Shown in pieces: positions 35,872 to 45,662 of a DNA stretch of 64,000 nucleotides (its first letter is position 1; the number at the start of each line of letters is the position of its first letter). The DNA is taken from positions 288,933 through 352,932 of the forward strand of contig CP066682.1 in assembly GCA_016432285.1 (NCBI GenBank). The letters run 5' to 3'. The notes beneath the pieces were generated by a model. The model saw only the letters and a program-made list of their open reading frames with translations. It was not told where the DNA came from and searched no databases. The position numbers and the translations under genes are program-made. Source of the DNA: Candidatus Kaiserbacteria bacterium. Lineage in GTDB: Bacteria; Patescibacteriota; Minisyncoccia; Phycocordibacterales; UBA2100.

Positions 35872-37656
35872 ATGGAGATACGAAACATAGCGATAATTGC
35901 ACACGTTGATCATGGCAAGACCACGCTCACCGACGCGATTTTGCGGCAGACCGGCGCGGCAGAAGAGGGCGTTTCTATGGACTCCAATGCCCTGGAGCGC
36001 GAGCGCGGCATCACGATCTACTCGAAGAACGCGTCGGTCAACTATAAGGGCACCAAGATCAACATCGTCGACACTCCGGGACACGCGGATTTCGGATCCG
36101 AAGTGGAGCGCGTACTTCGCTCGATTGACTCCGTCTTGCTCGTCGTCGACGCGCAGGAAGGCCCGATGCCGCAGACGCGCTTCGTGCTGAAAAAGTCGCT
36201 CGAGCTCGGCTTGAAGCCCATCGTCGTAATCAATAAGATCGACAAACCGGCCGCGAATCCCGCGAAAGCGGAGGAAGATGTGCTCGAACTCTTCCTGGAG
36301 CTCGGCGCCTCAAACGAGCAGGCGGATTTCCCGGTCGTGTATGCGATCGGCAAGCAGGGAATCGCGAAGCTCCAGCTTGCCGACGAATCGAGCGATCTGT
36401 CGCCGCTCCTCGACACCGTGCTCGCGAAGGTGCCGCCTGCGTCAGACAGCGCGGCGCTCGAGCGTCCCGCCAAACTCCAGCCCTTCAACCTCGCCTACGA
36501 CAGCTTCGTGGGGCGCCTTGCCATCTGTCGCGTCTACGAGGGAGTGCTCAAAATAGCCGATGCGGTGGTCGTGAAAACGCCGCAAAATCAGGCTCGAATC
36601 GGCAAAATTACAAAAATGTACACCTTCCGCGGCTTGCAACGCGTCGAGACGGAGACGGCGGAAGCGGGCGACATCGTGATCGTGGCCGGCTTGCCGGACA
36701 TCTACATCGGGGAGACGATCACGACCGATAAGGATGCCGAGCCGCTTCCCGCGATCGCCATCGACGAACCCACCATCACCCTCAACTTTCTCGTCAACAA
36801 CTCTCCCTTCGCTGGGCGCGAGGGGAAATTTGTCACTTCGCGCCAGATCCGCGAGCGCCTGGAGCGCGAGCTCGAAGTCAACGTGGGGCTCAAAGTGGAT
36901 TTCGAAAGCGACGTATTTAAAGTATCGGGCCGCGGCGAGCTGCATATCGCGATTCTGCTCGAAAACATGCGGCGCGAAGGCTACGAGATGCAGGTCTCGC
37001 AGCCGCAGGTAATCTTTCACGAAGAAGGAGGACACAAGCACGAGCCGTTTGAGGAGGTGATCGTCGACACGCCGCAGGAATACCAGGGTGCGATCATCGA
37101 GCGCCTCGGGACGAGGAAATTTGTGATGAAGGATCTGAAGGTTCACGAGAACCAGGTGCGCCTCATCTTTGAAGGACCCACGAGAGGGCTCCTCGGCTAT
37201 CGCAACCAGTTCGTGCTCGATACGAGAGGAGAAGGGATCCTTTCTTCGCGCGTCGTCGGTTTCCGCCCCTTTGCCGGAGAGATCAAAAAGCGTGCGGTCG
37301 GCTCCATGATTTCGATGGCGAGCGGCAAGGCGCTCGGCTTCTCGCTCTGGAATCTCCAGGAGCGCGGCGCCATCTACATCAATCCGGCCGTCGAGGTCTA
37401 CGAAGGGCAGGTGATCGGCAACACCTCGAAGGGCGAGGAGATGACCGTGAACCCGACGAAGGGCAAGCAGCTCACCAACGTGCGTGCCTCCGCTTCCGAC
37501 GAAGCGATCCAGCTCATTCCGCCGTACGAACTCACGATCGAACGCGGTCTCGAAGTGATGGCAGAAGACGAGTATCTTGAGATCACGCCGCAGTCGGTGC
37601 GCCTGCGGAAGCAGCAGCTTACCGAGGTGGATCGCTCCCGTGCGCGCCGCTCGTAG
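35872..37656 (+). CDS. typA: translational GTPase TypA/BipA
   Basis: [26 protein letters not shown] and C-terminal BipA domains. Confidence 0.9.
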   Translation: MEIRNIAIIAHVDHGKTTLTDAILRQTGAAEEGVSMDSNALERERGITIYSKNASVNYKGTKINIVDTPGHADFGSEVERVLRSIDSVLLVVDAQEGPMPQTRFVLKKSLELGLKPIVVINKIDKPAANPAKAEEDVLELFLELGASNEQADFPVVYAIGKQGIAKLQLADESSDLSPLLDTVLAKVPPASDSAALERPAKLQPFNLAYDSFVGRLAICRVYEGVLKIADAVVVKTPQNQARIGKITKMYTFRGLQRVETETAEAGDIVIVAGLPDIYIGETITTDKDAEPLPAIAIDEPTITLNFLVNNSPFAGREGKFVTSRQIRERLERELEVNVGLKVDFESDVFKVSGRGELHIAILLENMRREGYEMQVSQPQVIFHEEGGHKHEPFEEVIVDTPQEYQGAIIERLGTRKFVMKDLKVHENQVRLIFEGPTRGLLGYRNQFVLDTRGEGILSSRVVGFRPFAGEIKKRAVGSMISMASGKALGFSLWNLQERGAIYINPAVEVYEGQVIGNTSKGEEMTVNPTKGKQLTNVRASASDEAIQLIPPYELTIERGLEVMAEDEYLEITPQSVRLRKQQLTEVDRSRARRS

Positions 37657-37748
37657 CTCACGAGATCTTCACTTTTTCTCTCTAGGCTCTAGACTGGCTC
37701 GTACAGACGCGCTCGGGCAAGAAGCAAGAAGAAGACATGAGCGCGTCG

Positions 37749-37797
37749 GGCGCGCGGAGGCTCGCCACCACTCCACCTCCGCGCGCCTTTTTCTTTT
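37749..37797 (+). terminator. rho-independent terminator
   Basis: GGCGCGCGGAGG...CCTCCGCGCGCC stem followed by TTTTTCTTTT. Confidence 0.6.
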
Positions 37798-37811
37798 GCT
37801 ACACTACCCGT

Positions 37812-38207
37812 ATGAGTAAACGCCCGATGCCGACAAACGAAGATGAATGGAAGCAGGCGCTCTCGCCCGACGAGTATCGCGTGCTCCGGGAGAAGGGGAC
37901 CGAGATGGCCTTCACGGGGCAGTACGTGCACGAAAAAGCGGACGGCACGTACGAGTGTCGCGCATGCGGCAACCCACTCTTCGATTCGACAGCGAAGTTC
38001 GATTCCGGCACCGGCTGGCCCTCATTCGATTCGGCGCTTCCAGGAGCGGTGGAAACGCACAGCGACACTTCGCATGGAATGCAGCGCACCGAGATTACGT
38101 GCGCCCGCTGCGGCTCGCACCTGGGGCATGTCTTTGACGACGGCCCCACGAAAACCGGCAAGCGGTACTGTATCAACAGCGTCTGCCTCGACCTTGAGGA
38201 GAAGTGA
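37812..38207 (+). CDS. msrB: peptide-methionine (R)-S-oxide reductase MsrB
   Basis: CxxC...CxxC zinc site and catalytic RYCINS. Confidence 0.85.
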   Translation: MSKRPMPTNEDEWKQALSPDEYRVLREKGTEMAFTGQYVHEKADGTYECRACGNPLFDSTAKFDSGTGWPSFDSALPGAVETHSDTSHGMQRTEITCARCGSHLGHVFDDGPTKTGKRYCINSVCLDLEEK

Positions 38208-38267
38208 TTGCTCCGCCTCGAAAGTACGTCATACTGTTTCGCATACTAGATAGCAGGATTTTTCGAT

Positions 38268-38729
38268 ATGAATAAAGTGTTGGTCGCAGTCTTTGCGCTC
38301 CTCCTTGTGGGCGGGGCGTATTGGTTTTACACAGATTCGCAGCGGGAAGGTGCGGCACAGGTCCCCTCGCAGGAGAGCGCAAAGAGTACCGATGCAAATC
38401 AGTTTCAATCCTCGATGATGACGGGCACGTGGAGAAGTGACGAGGATGCGAAGTTTACCCGCACGTTTGAGGCGCAGGGCACCGTGACGGATCGCTACGA
38501 GGGCGACGCGTCGGCCACAGCCACCGGCTCGTGGAGCGTCGTCGACGCCGCAGCCGAAGCGCAATTTATCGACGTACCGCTTGCAAACCTTGAGGGACTC
38601 ACCGTCGTCAAAATCGCCTTCGAGGAAGGCAACTACTACTTCACGATCAATACGATCACGGAAACGCAGCTCGTCATGACCTACCTCGGCGGCCGCGGCG
38701 CAGTGCTCGCGTTCACCAAAGTGAAATAG
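38268..38729 (+). CDS. secreted hypothetical protein
   Basis: 153 aa with an N-terminal TM. Confidence 0.5.
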   Translation: MNKVLVAVFALLLVGGAYWFYTDSQREGAAQVPSQESAKSTDANQFQSSMMTGTWRSDEDAKFTRTFEAQGTVTDRYEGDASATATGSWSVVDAAAEAQFIDVPLANLEGLTVVKIAFEEGNYYFTINTITETQLVMTYLGGRGAVLAFTKVK

Positions 38730-38730
38730 T

Positions 38731-38913
38731 ATGCGGAAAATCATTGTCGTCGCGCTCGCACTTCTCGCGCTCCCCGTATTTCTCTTCGTCTACCAGCCGT
38801 CGTGGCAGCTCGGTGGTTTCGGACTCTTCTTGGGGCTGCTCGGGATCACCATCTCTCCCCTCATCGTGATCGGATTTATTCTCTACGTTGTCGTGCAGGA
38901 ATTGAGGAAGTAA
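38731..38913 (+). CDS. small membrane protein
   Basis: 60 aa, 2 TM. Confidence 0.4.
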   Translation: MRKIIVVALALLALPVFLFVYQPSWQLGGFGLFLGLLGITISPLIVIGFILYVVVQELRK

Positions 38914-38974
38914 ATTTACAGTCTATTCATCGTTCTCCTCGGGGCGTGTGAAAGTCTCACCGCTGAAACAAAAG

Positions 38975-39010
38975 AGAAAGCCCTCGCGCGCACGCGAGGG
39001 CTTTCGGTTT
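38975..39010. terminator. bidirectional rho-independent terminator
   Basis: AAAGCCCTCGCG-cgca-CGCGAGGGCTTT with an A-run before and a T-run after. Lies between convergent genes. Confidence 0.7.
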
Positions 39011-39032
39011 GAAGCGGGATCGAAGCGCATTG

Positions 39033-39686
39033 CTAGATCCCGCGTGCCGTTTCCCGCGGACCGCCCTTGCTCGACGGCTCTTCGGGGAGGTTCAGCGTTA
39101 CGTTCGGGCTTTCCCTTCCGTTTCCGAAAGTGAAGGTGAATCGGCCTCCGTACGACCCGTCCCCCTCAAAGGAGAAGAGCCTAAAGAGATCTTTCCGATA
39201 GACCTCCAGAACGCGTTCGAGTCGCTGACCCGACTCGCCGCTGCGAGAAATCCGACAGAGATGCGGGGCTGTTCCCCACAACTCACGAGATTCCACGAGC
39301 ATGAGAAGCCAACTGTCGCCGAAGGGGTTCGTCATGTCCTTCGGCTGCCCGACGGGGAACGAAAGAAGGGTGAACGGAATCGTCCCCTCGCCGTACTTAT
39401 CGCACCGGTCGTCAGGCTGGCCGTGGATGGCGAATCTGCCGACATCCACGATCATTAAGACAGCCGGGATCAAGAGAGCGACAACCGCCACGTCGCGCGT
39501 ACGAACGCTCTGACGCGCGTAGAGACTGGCGCTCAGGAAGAGCACGAAGATCACGCCGGCAGAGAGGAGCATGCGTCCCGTCTCCGGAGAGACGTAGGTC
39601 GTGTGTTCGACATACCGTGTGATCTCCGCGAAGACCCGAAAGATCGCGTCCACGATGGGCGCGAGCTCATCCAAGATGACTTTCAT
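39033..39686 (-). CDS. ExbD/TolR-like single-pass membrane protein with extended extracytoplasmic domain (second of two)
   Basis: Start overlaps the upstream stop. TM helix VLMIVDVG carries an Asp. Large C-terminal outside domain. Confidence 0.4.
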   Translation of the reverse strand: MKVILDELAPIVDAIFRVFAEITRYVEHTTYVSPETGRMLLSAGVIFVLFLSASLYARQSVRTRDVAVVALLIPAVLMIVDVGRFAIHGQPDDRCDKYGEGTIPFTLLSFPVGQPKDMTNPFGDSWLLMLVESRELWGTAPHLCRISRSGESGQRLERVLEVYRKDLFRLFSFEGDGSYGGRFTFTFGNGRESPNVTLNLPEEPSSKGGPRETARGI

Positions 39687-40396
39687 GATGCACACCCTTT
39701 CGTCGGTGTACACGTGGGCGGATTGTCGGCCGCCCCTACCGTCGCGATACGCTGCGTCGGCAGATTCGGATACGTCTCGACCGAGTCGAACAACACGTCG
39801 CTCTTCTCGTCCCAGACGATTTGCGCAAGCGAACACTCCTCGCCGACCTGGCCGATCGTAAACTCAAGGTTTACGATCGTCTTCTGGCGGGGAGAGTCTT
39901 TGTTGGCGATCGCGAGCACGGTGCCTTTCACGGGGAGAGGCCCCCCGTGCCTGCTCCAGATGTGCGTGTTGATGAGGCACACCGTATTTTTTGGCACTGT
40001 GCGCACGCTCGAGTTGACCCGCGCCTCCTCCACGTTCCGTTGTGAACGAGGATAGCCGGTAGCATCATGCAGCAGATTGAGCCACCGACTGCTCTTGCGG
40101 TTGTAGAACACGACCGTGGGGTCGGTCCGCTGCATGTTCACAAGCGAGTAGCAGGTGATGTAGAGATCGAGGTCGTGCGGCAATTGGTCCGCCCAACGCA
40201 TTTCGATGTAGAAAGGCGTTGGCTCGGTCGTTTGCCGCTTCTCAATCCCGTCGCGCGGAGGTGGATTCACCTGCGGGATCGCGATGGCGCCCGCAAAGAG
40301 AAACACCACCACAACCAGGATCATGTTCTCGACAAAGCCCATGATCGCCGACGGATCGCTGAAGCCGAACCGCCGCCTGTGAGTACGAGTTCTCAT
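39683..40396 (-). CDS. ExbD/TolR-like single-pass membrane protein with extended extracytoplasmic domain (first of two)
   Basis: AGGAGA lies 5 nt before the ATG. Basic N-terminus, then TM IMGFVENMILVVVVFLF with an acidic Glu, then a periplasm-like domain of about 180 aa. Confidence 0.45.
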   Translation of the reverse strand: MRTRTHRRRFGFSDPSAIMGFVENMILVVVVFLFAGAIAIPQVNPPPRDGIEKRQTTEPTPFYIEMRWADQLPHDLDLYITCYSLVNMQRTDPTVVFYNRKSSRWLNLLHDATGYPRSQRNVEEARVNSSVRTVPKNTVCLINTHIWSRHGGPLPVKGTVLAIANKDSPRQKTIVNLEFTIGQVGEECSLAQIVWDEKSDVLFDSVETYPNLPTQRIATVGAADNPPTCTPTKGCAS

Positions 40397-40404
40397 CTGA
40401 TCTC

Positions 40405-41199
40405 CTATGACGGTTCGGGTTGTGCCTTGAAGAAGGCGTCGCTTTGGATGACCGGCATGATGAACGACGCGGTCAACTTCCAAAAGTCGGCGCTCACTTC
40501 GTCAGCCTGACGTTGAAGGACCGCCTCGAAGAGGAAGAGCCAGATGGCCCCGCCCCACCCGAGAACGGCACTGATGTAGACGACGCCCATGCCGTGATAG
40601 AGGAGGAAGAGATACTGCTTCGTCTCCTCCGGTGTCACGGGCATGTCTCTTTGCGCCGTCATGGCCATGACGATGCCGACGATCGTGCCGAAGAGTCCGA
40701 GCGAGACAAGGAGCGTGCGCGCCCACGCGAGGCGGGCAAACAGCGCTTCGAGTCGCGTCCCGAATTCTTCGACGACTTCGGTCGTGCCGAGCAGTGGGCG
40801 CATGCCAAGTGTCTGGCATGTTTCCACGTGCTCTTTCAGCGCCAGGATGACTGACCCGGCGCGACTGTGATGCTCGCGCACCGCACGGCTGCCGAAGAGG
40901 TGTCGTACGAAGACGACCGGTTCCGCACCAGCACGCATCCGCTCAAAGCCGTCGATCACCGCGCGTTCCTCCGAGAGCAATCCTGCCGCCGGGAACGCGA
41001 GGAAAAAGACGACTCCGAGAATCACCCCCGTGAGGGCGCCCGCCGTCGCAAACGTCATACGATCGGGGAAGCTCGCGAGGAACCAGTCGAGAAACTGGTT
41101 CTCGTACGCAAGGATGACCGCCACGACGAGCGCGGCAATCGTCAGGTAACAGAATGAGAGTGATCCGAGCCGCAGGGCCCGCGTTGCTGTCGCTGCCAT
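40405..41199 (-). CDS. MotA/TolQ/ExbB-family proton-channel protein
   Basis: Signature LGLFGTIVGIVMAM followed by a helix with polar residues. 3-4 TM. Confidence 0.6.
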   Translation of the reverse strand: MAATATRALRLGSLSFCYLTIAALVVAVILAYENQFLDWFLASFPDRMTFATAGALTGVILGVVFFLAFPAAGLLSEERAVIDGFERMRAGAEPVVFVRHLFGSRAVREHHSRAGSVILALKEHVETCQTLGMRPLLGTTEVVEEFGTRLEALFARLAWARTLLVSLGLFGTIVGIVMAMTAQRDMPVTPEETKQYLFLLYHGMGVVYISAVLGWGGAIWLFLFEAVLQRQADEVSADFWKLTASFIMPVIQSDAFFKAQPEPS

Positions 41200-41304
41200 G
41201 AGCGCATCTCCATTGCTTGAAGTTTCATACACTATGGATTGCCTCAAAGGACAATCCGCTTTGACTGTACTGCGCCGCTTAGCTGGCCGCAAGGAAGCGC
41301 ACGA

Positions 41305-42966
41305 TCAGTACACGCCCGGCACGAATTTCCACGGCACGGCCTTCTGGTAGGGCGCGTAGTCGGGATTGGAGTACTGCATGAAGTTATCTTCGCGCTCGGA
41401 GCGGATCCAATAGAGGAAGAAGAACATGAGGATCGCAAGCCAGTGGACGCCGGCGCTAAGGCCCACGAGCTCCGTGACGAAAAACATGCCCGCTTCGAGC
41501 GCGTAGTTGGGATGCCGCACCGTGCGGTAGAAAAAAGAGCTCCGCACGCCTTTGTCTGTCATCAGGTCAAACATCGTCCAGAGATTCAGGATCGAAAGTG
41601 TGTAGAGCAGGTTGAAAAAAAGTCCGAGCACGAGCACGAGCCACAGCAAGGGCCCCGCCGTTACGATCGGATCGGCACCGGTGAACGAGGGCGTCATCTG
41701 CCAGATCACGACACCGAAGAGTGGGTAGTTGAAGCCATTGGTGAGCCAGCCCGTCACCGTAAAATCGAGGCTGCGGATGTAGCGTCCCCAGAGAATACTC
41801 ACCACCGAAAAGCCGTAGCCGATGAGACAGCCCGCCACCGTGATTGCCCAGAGCGCGTACTTCGCCTGCTCGAAAAAAGCCTCCAGCGAGGGCGGCGGCC
41901 ACCCGAACGAGCGCACCGCCGCGATGTCGCCCGCCAAGAATCCCACGAGCGTGAGCGCGAAAAAATAGACGATGACGAGGTGGAGCGCCCAGTTGGTAAA
42001 GCCGCGCGCGAATCCCACCTTCTTGATCACGCCCGTGCCTTTGTACGAGAGAAACTGCCAGAAGGCGAGTATGGGAGAGCGCCGCTTCCAGAAGAGGAAG
42101 GCGTAATATCCGATGCCAACAGCGGCGATCGAAAACGGCACGAGAGAATCGATCTGCGGCCGAAGCGAGATCACGTTGCTAAAGAGTAGGCGCGAGATTT
42201 CGACCGTGAGATATGAGAAAAGAAATACCGGCATCGTTCCGAGGAACCACGAAAAAGGAATGCCGCCCGCGATATTGACGACCCAAAGAATCGTTTTTTT
42301 GGGAACGCGGAGGGTGCGGATGTACTCTCCACAAGCGATGAGGGGAGAGCGTCGCCGCATGGCGCGGTAGCCGAAGTAGCCCACCGCGAGCGCCCCGATC
42401 ACGACCGCTTCCACGGTGGACAGCAGCGAATCGTCGTACTTCGCAACCTGTGTCGCCGTGCCGAATTCGCTCACGTGGAGATCCTCGAGCGGGCCGATGT
42501 CACGCGGCAAATCAATGCGTGATCGATTCGCTTCCACCTCGACGACGTGCGCCTGTCCCACGACGGATGTGCCGCGAAAGATGGTGAGGTACTGATCAGG
42601 AGAGACGCCGAAATCCGCGCCGAGCGAGGTGAAAAAATCCTCGCCGTCCTGCACAATCTTTCCGTGCATGCCGAGCGAGAAACGGCTCGGCTGTAGCGCG
42701 ACAATCGCGCGATCGTCCTCGACGCGCTCGACGACGATGGTGCCGATCGGTGTCTTCGTCGAGTAGTTGAAACGGTAGAGTGGCAACCGCTCTCCCGCCT
42801 GGAGACCGTTCGATTTTGCGAGGACGCCTCGCGATTCGTCGATCGTCTGCACGATCGGAAGGTGCGCGGTGGAGGCGGCGTGAAAGGGAGCGAAGACGAT
42901 GACAGTAAGGAGCAGCAAAAAGGCCAGCTCGTATGCCATTTTTACTGCGCCTGTGAGGAGCTGCAT
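41305..42966 (-). CDS. large polytopic membrane protein with C-terminal isoprenylcysteine carboxyl methyltransferase (ICMT/PEMT)-like domain
   Basis: C-terminal RTVRHPNYALEAG...EDNFMQYSNPDYAPYQKAVPWKFVP matches the ICMT signature. N-terminal extracytoplasmic domain plus about 9 TM. Confidence 0.6.
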   Translation of the reverse strand: MQLLTGAVKMAYELAFLLLLTVIVFAPFHAASTAHLPIVQTIDESRGVLAKSNGLQAGERLPLYRFNYSTKTPIGTIVVERVEDDRAIVALQPSRFSLGMHGKIVQDGEDFFTSLGADFGVSPDQYLTIFRGTSVVGQAHVVEVEANRSRIDLPRDIGPLEDLHVSEFGTATQVAKYDDSLLSTVEAVVIGALAVGYFGYRAMRRRSPLIACGEYIRTLRVPKKTILWVVNIAGGIPFSWFLGTMPVFLFSYLTVEISRLLFSNVISLRPQIDSLVPFSIAAVGIGYYAFLFWKRRSPILAFWQFLSYKGTGVIKKVGFARGFTNWALHLVIVYFFALTLVGFLAGDIAAVRSFGWPPPSLEAFFEQAKYALWAITVAGCLIGYGFSVVSILWGRYIRSLDFTVTGWLTNGFNYPLFGVVIWQMTPSFTGADPIVTAGPLLWLVLVLGLFFNLLYTLSILNLWTMFDLMTDKGVRSSFFYRTVRHPNYALEAGMFFVTELVGLSAGVHWLAILMFFFLYWIRSEREDNFMQYSNPDYAPYQKAVPWKFVPGVY

Positions 42967-43042
42967 CGCACCATTCTTGCCTCGAATGTGGCGTAATGCA
43001 AAGTGATGTTGACTGCGCCGCCTTCGGGGGTAACCTGTCGTT

Positions 43043-44362
43043 ATGAATCGGACGTACGTCCTCGGCGGTGCCGTCGCCCTCGTTCTCGTAATACTCTTTT
43101 TGTGGACACAGGCCGCGGGCGATTTCGTCGGGCAAGACGTCCGGCTCGCGCTCTTTAACACCGGTGAAACAAAGAAGGGACTTCTCTACATCCCGACGCG
43201 CCGCGACGCAGAGGGTGCAGCTGTGGAGTTTTTTGTCGATGTGAATGCGGATGGCACTTTCGCTCCCGAAGAAAAAGTGGGGGGCAGCGCAAGCATGCGC
43301 GGGCTGAAGGGCAAGAGTGTGGGCGTTCCCGTTTCGTTTACGTCAGCGCCCGAAGCGGGGAGCAGAGTGAAGATCGCTTTTGAGAACGATTCATACATTC
43401 GAACGATCGCGGAAGTGGCGGTCGAATCCGAAGATCTTCTCGAGCTTGAGAAAGTTACTGATCCCGAGAATGCGATGAAAGGTCTTTTCTACGGTGTCGC
43501 TTTCGCCAAAGAGCCGGCGACGGAAGCCGGCCGCATAACTCCGGATATTGGTCAGCGTATCGCAGAGTGCGCGCCCACTGCGGCAGCCAACAGCATCATT
43601 TCGCTTGCGGAGGATCACGGACAAAGCGACAAGCTCCCCGCCGATGCCGACCTCATCGATCAGCTGAAGGGCGACATGGACTGGACACCGGAGAACGGCG
43701 TTTTGCCGGATGATTTCGTGGAGGGAAAGAATCGCTGGGCGGCGACACACGGGCTGCCGATACAAACCACAAAAGTGGGCGACCAACACGGCCGTACCAC
43801 GATCGAGGCGCTGCTCGATGGTCTTGCCGAGGGAGGCGCGGCCGAAATGCGCATCAAATTTGCCGATGCCAGGGGCAAAGCGACCGGCGGACACATGGTG
43901 ACGGTAACCGGCGTGCGCGTCGTCGGCGACCAGACCTTCGTAGAAGTGGCAGACCCGCGTACGCCGGAGGGGTACGACACGTACGAAGTCGAGGGCAACA
44001 CGCTCAAGGACTACCCGTACGAGGGAATTGCCGTCATAAGCTGGGGCTTCGTGCAGCGCTGGGTGGAGCCTACCGGCACGCAGCTCGACCCGATGACCGA
44101 CGCGGAGGTGGAAGGCATTCGCGCTGCGGTCGGCGTGAAGGAGAAGATCAAGGTGATCGTCGTGCTCGGGAGGAAAATTCCACTCTCGCAGGTACACGTG
44201 GGTAAGGGATCCGACTGCACAGAAGGAGGCAAGGAGATGCCGCACTACCACGCCAACGACGGCTCCGCGACCGCACTTGATGGTACCGTTGTGCAGGATA
44301 ACGATGGCTGCGGCTATGGAATGGTCAAGAATATTCCGGTCGAGGACGCTGAAATTCCGTGA
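43043..44362 (+). CDS. secreted hypothetical protein
   Basis: 439 aa with an N-terminal TM. Transcribed divergently from the minus-strand operon. Confidence 0.6.
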   Translation: MNRTYVLGGAVALVLVILFLWTQAAGDFVGQDVRLALFNTGETKKGLLYIPTRRDAEGAAVEFFVDVNADGTFAPEEKVGGSASMRGLKGKSVGVPVSFTSAPEAGSRVKIAFENDSYIRTIAEVAVESEDLLELEKVTDPENAMKGLFYGVAFAKEPATEAGRITPDIGQRIAECAPTAAANSIISLAEDHGQSDKLPADADLIDQLKGDMDWTPENGVLPDDFVEGKNRWAATHGLPIQTTKVGDQHGRTTIEALLDGLAEGGAAEMRIKFADARGKATGGHMVTVTGVRVVGDQTFVEVADPRTPEGYDTYEVEGNTLKDYPYEGIAVISWGFVQRWVEPTGTQLDPMTDAEVEGIRAAVGVKEKIKVIVVLGRKIPLSQVHVGKGSDCTEGGKEMPHYHANDGSATALDGTVVQDNDGCGYGMVKNIPVEDAEIP

Positions 44363-44390
44363 TTTTATAATTCATGAGATAGTGAGAGTC

Positions 44391-45020
44391 ATGGATACAC
44401 AAAGCAACATAGGCAAATACATTATCTGGCTTCTCGTTGCCGTGATCGCTGCGGTGGGCGGCTACTACGCGTGGCAACTTCTCGGGCAAGCCGCCAGTCA
44501 GGCTCCGCAGAATGAGGAGCCGCTCGAGGTGGTGCCGCAGTTCTCCACGTATGCCACCTCCACCTTTTCGATCACGTATCCGCAAGGCTACACGGTCGAC
44601 GACGCGTACGCATACGAAGGCGTGCCCAAGAAACCGATCGCGGGCGTGAAGTTTACGATTCCGGGTGCGATGGCCACCGGCACGAATCTCTCGACCGACT
44701 CCGGCGTCTCGGTGGAATGGCTCCCGCGCGCCCAAAAGTGCGCCGGCGACATCTTTCTTTTTGACAACGTCCGCTCGCAGGAGCTGACCGTCGGATCGAC
44801 CACATGGTCGGTAGCCACCACCTCCGGCGCGGGCGCGGGCAATTTGTACGAAGAAATGGTGTATGCGGTCGTCGGCAGCAAGCCCTGCACCGCGGTGCGC
44901 TATCTTTTGCACTCGACCAATATCGGCAACTACGACCCGGGCGCGGTGCGCGAGTTCGACCGCCTCAAGCTGATCGCCGATTTCAACGCGATCCGCGACT
45001 CGCTCACGCTCAGTCAGTAG
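44391..45020 (+). CDS. membrane-anchored hypothetical protein
   Basis: Start at MDTQSNIGKYIIWLLVAV. Confidence 0.55.
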   Translation: MDTQSNIGKYIIWLLVAVIAAVGGYYAWQLLGQAASQAPQNEEPLEVVPQFSTYATSTFSITYPQGYTVDDAYAYEGVPKKPIAGVKFTIPGAMATGTNLSTDSGVSVEWLPRAQKCAGDIFLFDNVRSQELTVGSTTWSVATTSGAGAGNLYEEMVYAVVGSKPCTAVRYLLHSTNIGNYDPGAVREFDRLKLIADFNAIRDSLTLSQ

Positions 45021-45021
45021 T

Positions 45022-45315
45022 GTGATAGAGCGTATCCCACAGCGGGAGGAACCGAGTCCCTTTAAAAAAGGCGGGTATGCGGCGATACGCGAAGATATGC
45101 ACGAGGATTTTTTTGTCGGCGCGCGCTACTTTACGCCCGGCGGCGTGTACCGTGTCTTCCATGTCGACAAAAACGGTGTGTGGATCGGGCCCAAAAACGC
45201 GCCCGACCTCGACATCGAGGAATTCACCCCGGAAAAAGGACAAGAGGTCAACCGCGAGAAACGATACCGGACCGTGCTGTGGGTTGATCGAGACGTACTG
45301 GAGCCGCTGCACTAG
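45022..45315 (+). CDS. hypothetical protein
   Basis: 97 aa, balanced composition. Confidence 0.45.
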   Translation: MIERIPQREEPSPFKKGGYAAIREDMHEDFFVGARYFTPGGVYRVFHVDKNGVWIGPKNAPDLDIEEFTPEKGQEVNREKRYRTVLWVDRDVLEPLH

Positions 45316-45348
45316 CGGCGCCTGCGACGCATGGTCCTTTGGCAATAG

Positions 45349-45606
45349 TTACGGCCTGTTGTGGCGCATCGTGTCGATGGCCCACGTGTACTCGATGATG
45401 AGGAAGGGGATCCAGTGCCACTCTCCGATGTACGCGAGGTACATTCCCCCGAACACGACGGCGAGTGTGTTGATCACGAAAAATGCGATGTCCCACTGCG
45501 GTTCGTGCCGCGACTCGGGCTCGTTGTTGGTGATGTAGAGCAACAGATTCTTGAGTCCCACGGAGGAATTGTACCCGATGACTCGCCGAGGCACGGCACT
45601 CGACAA
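45349..45606 (-). CDS. small membrane protein
   Basis: 85 aa, 2 TM. Confidence 0.4.
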   Translation of the reverse strand: MSSAVPRRVIGYNSSVGLKNLLLYITNNEPESRHEPQWDIAFFVINTLAVVFGGMYLAYIGEWHWIPFLIIEYTWAIDTMRHNRP

Positions 45607-45662
45607 CTGTAGAAAATTTGATATAATGCGGTCTCATTTCGGCTCTCGCCTCTATTTCCACC

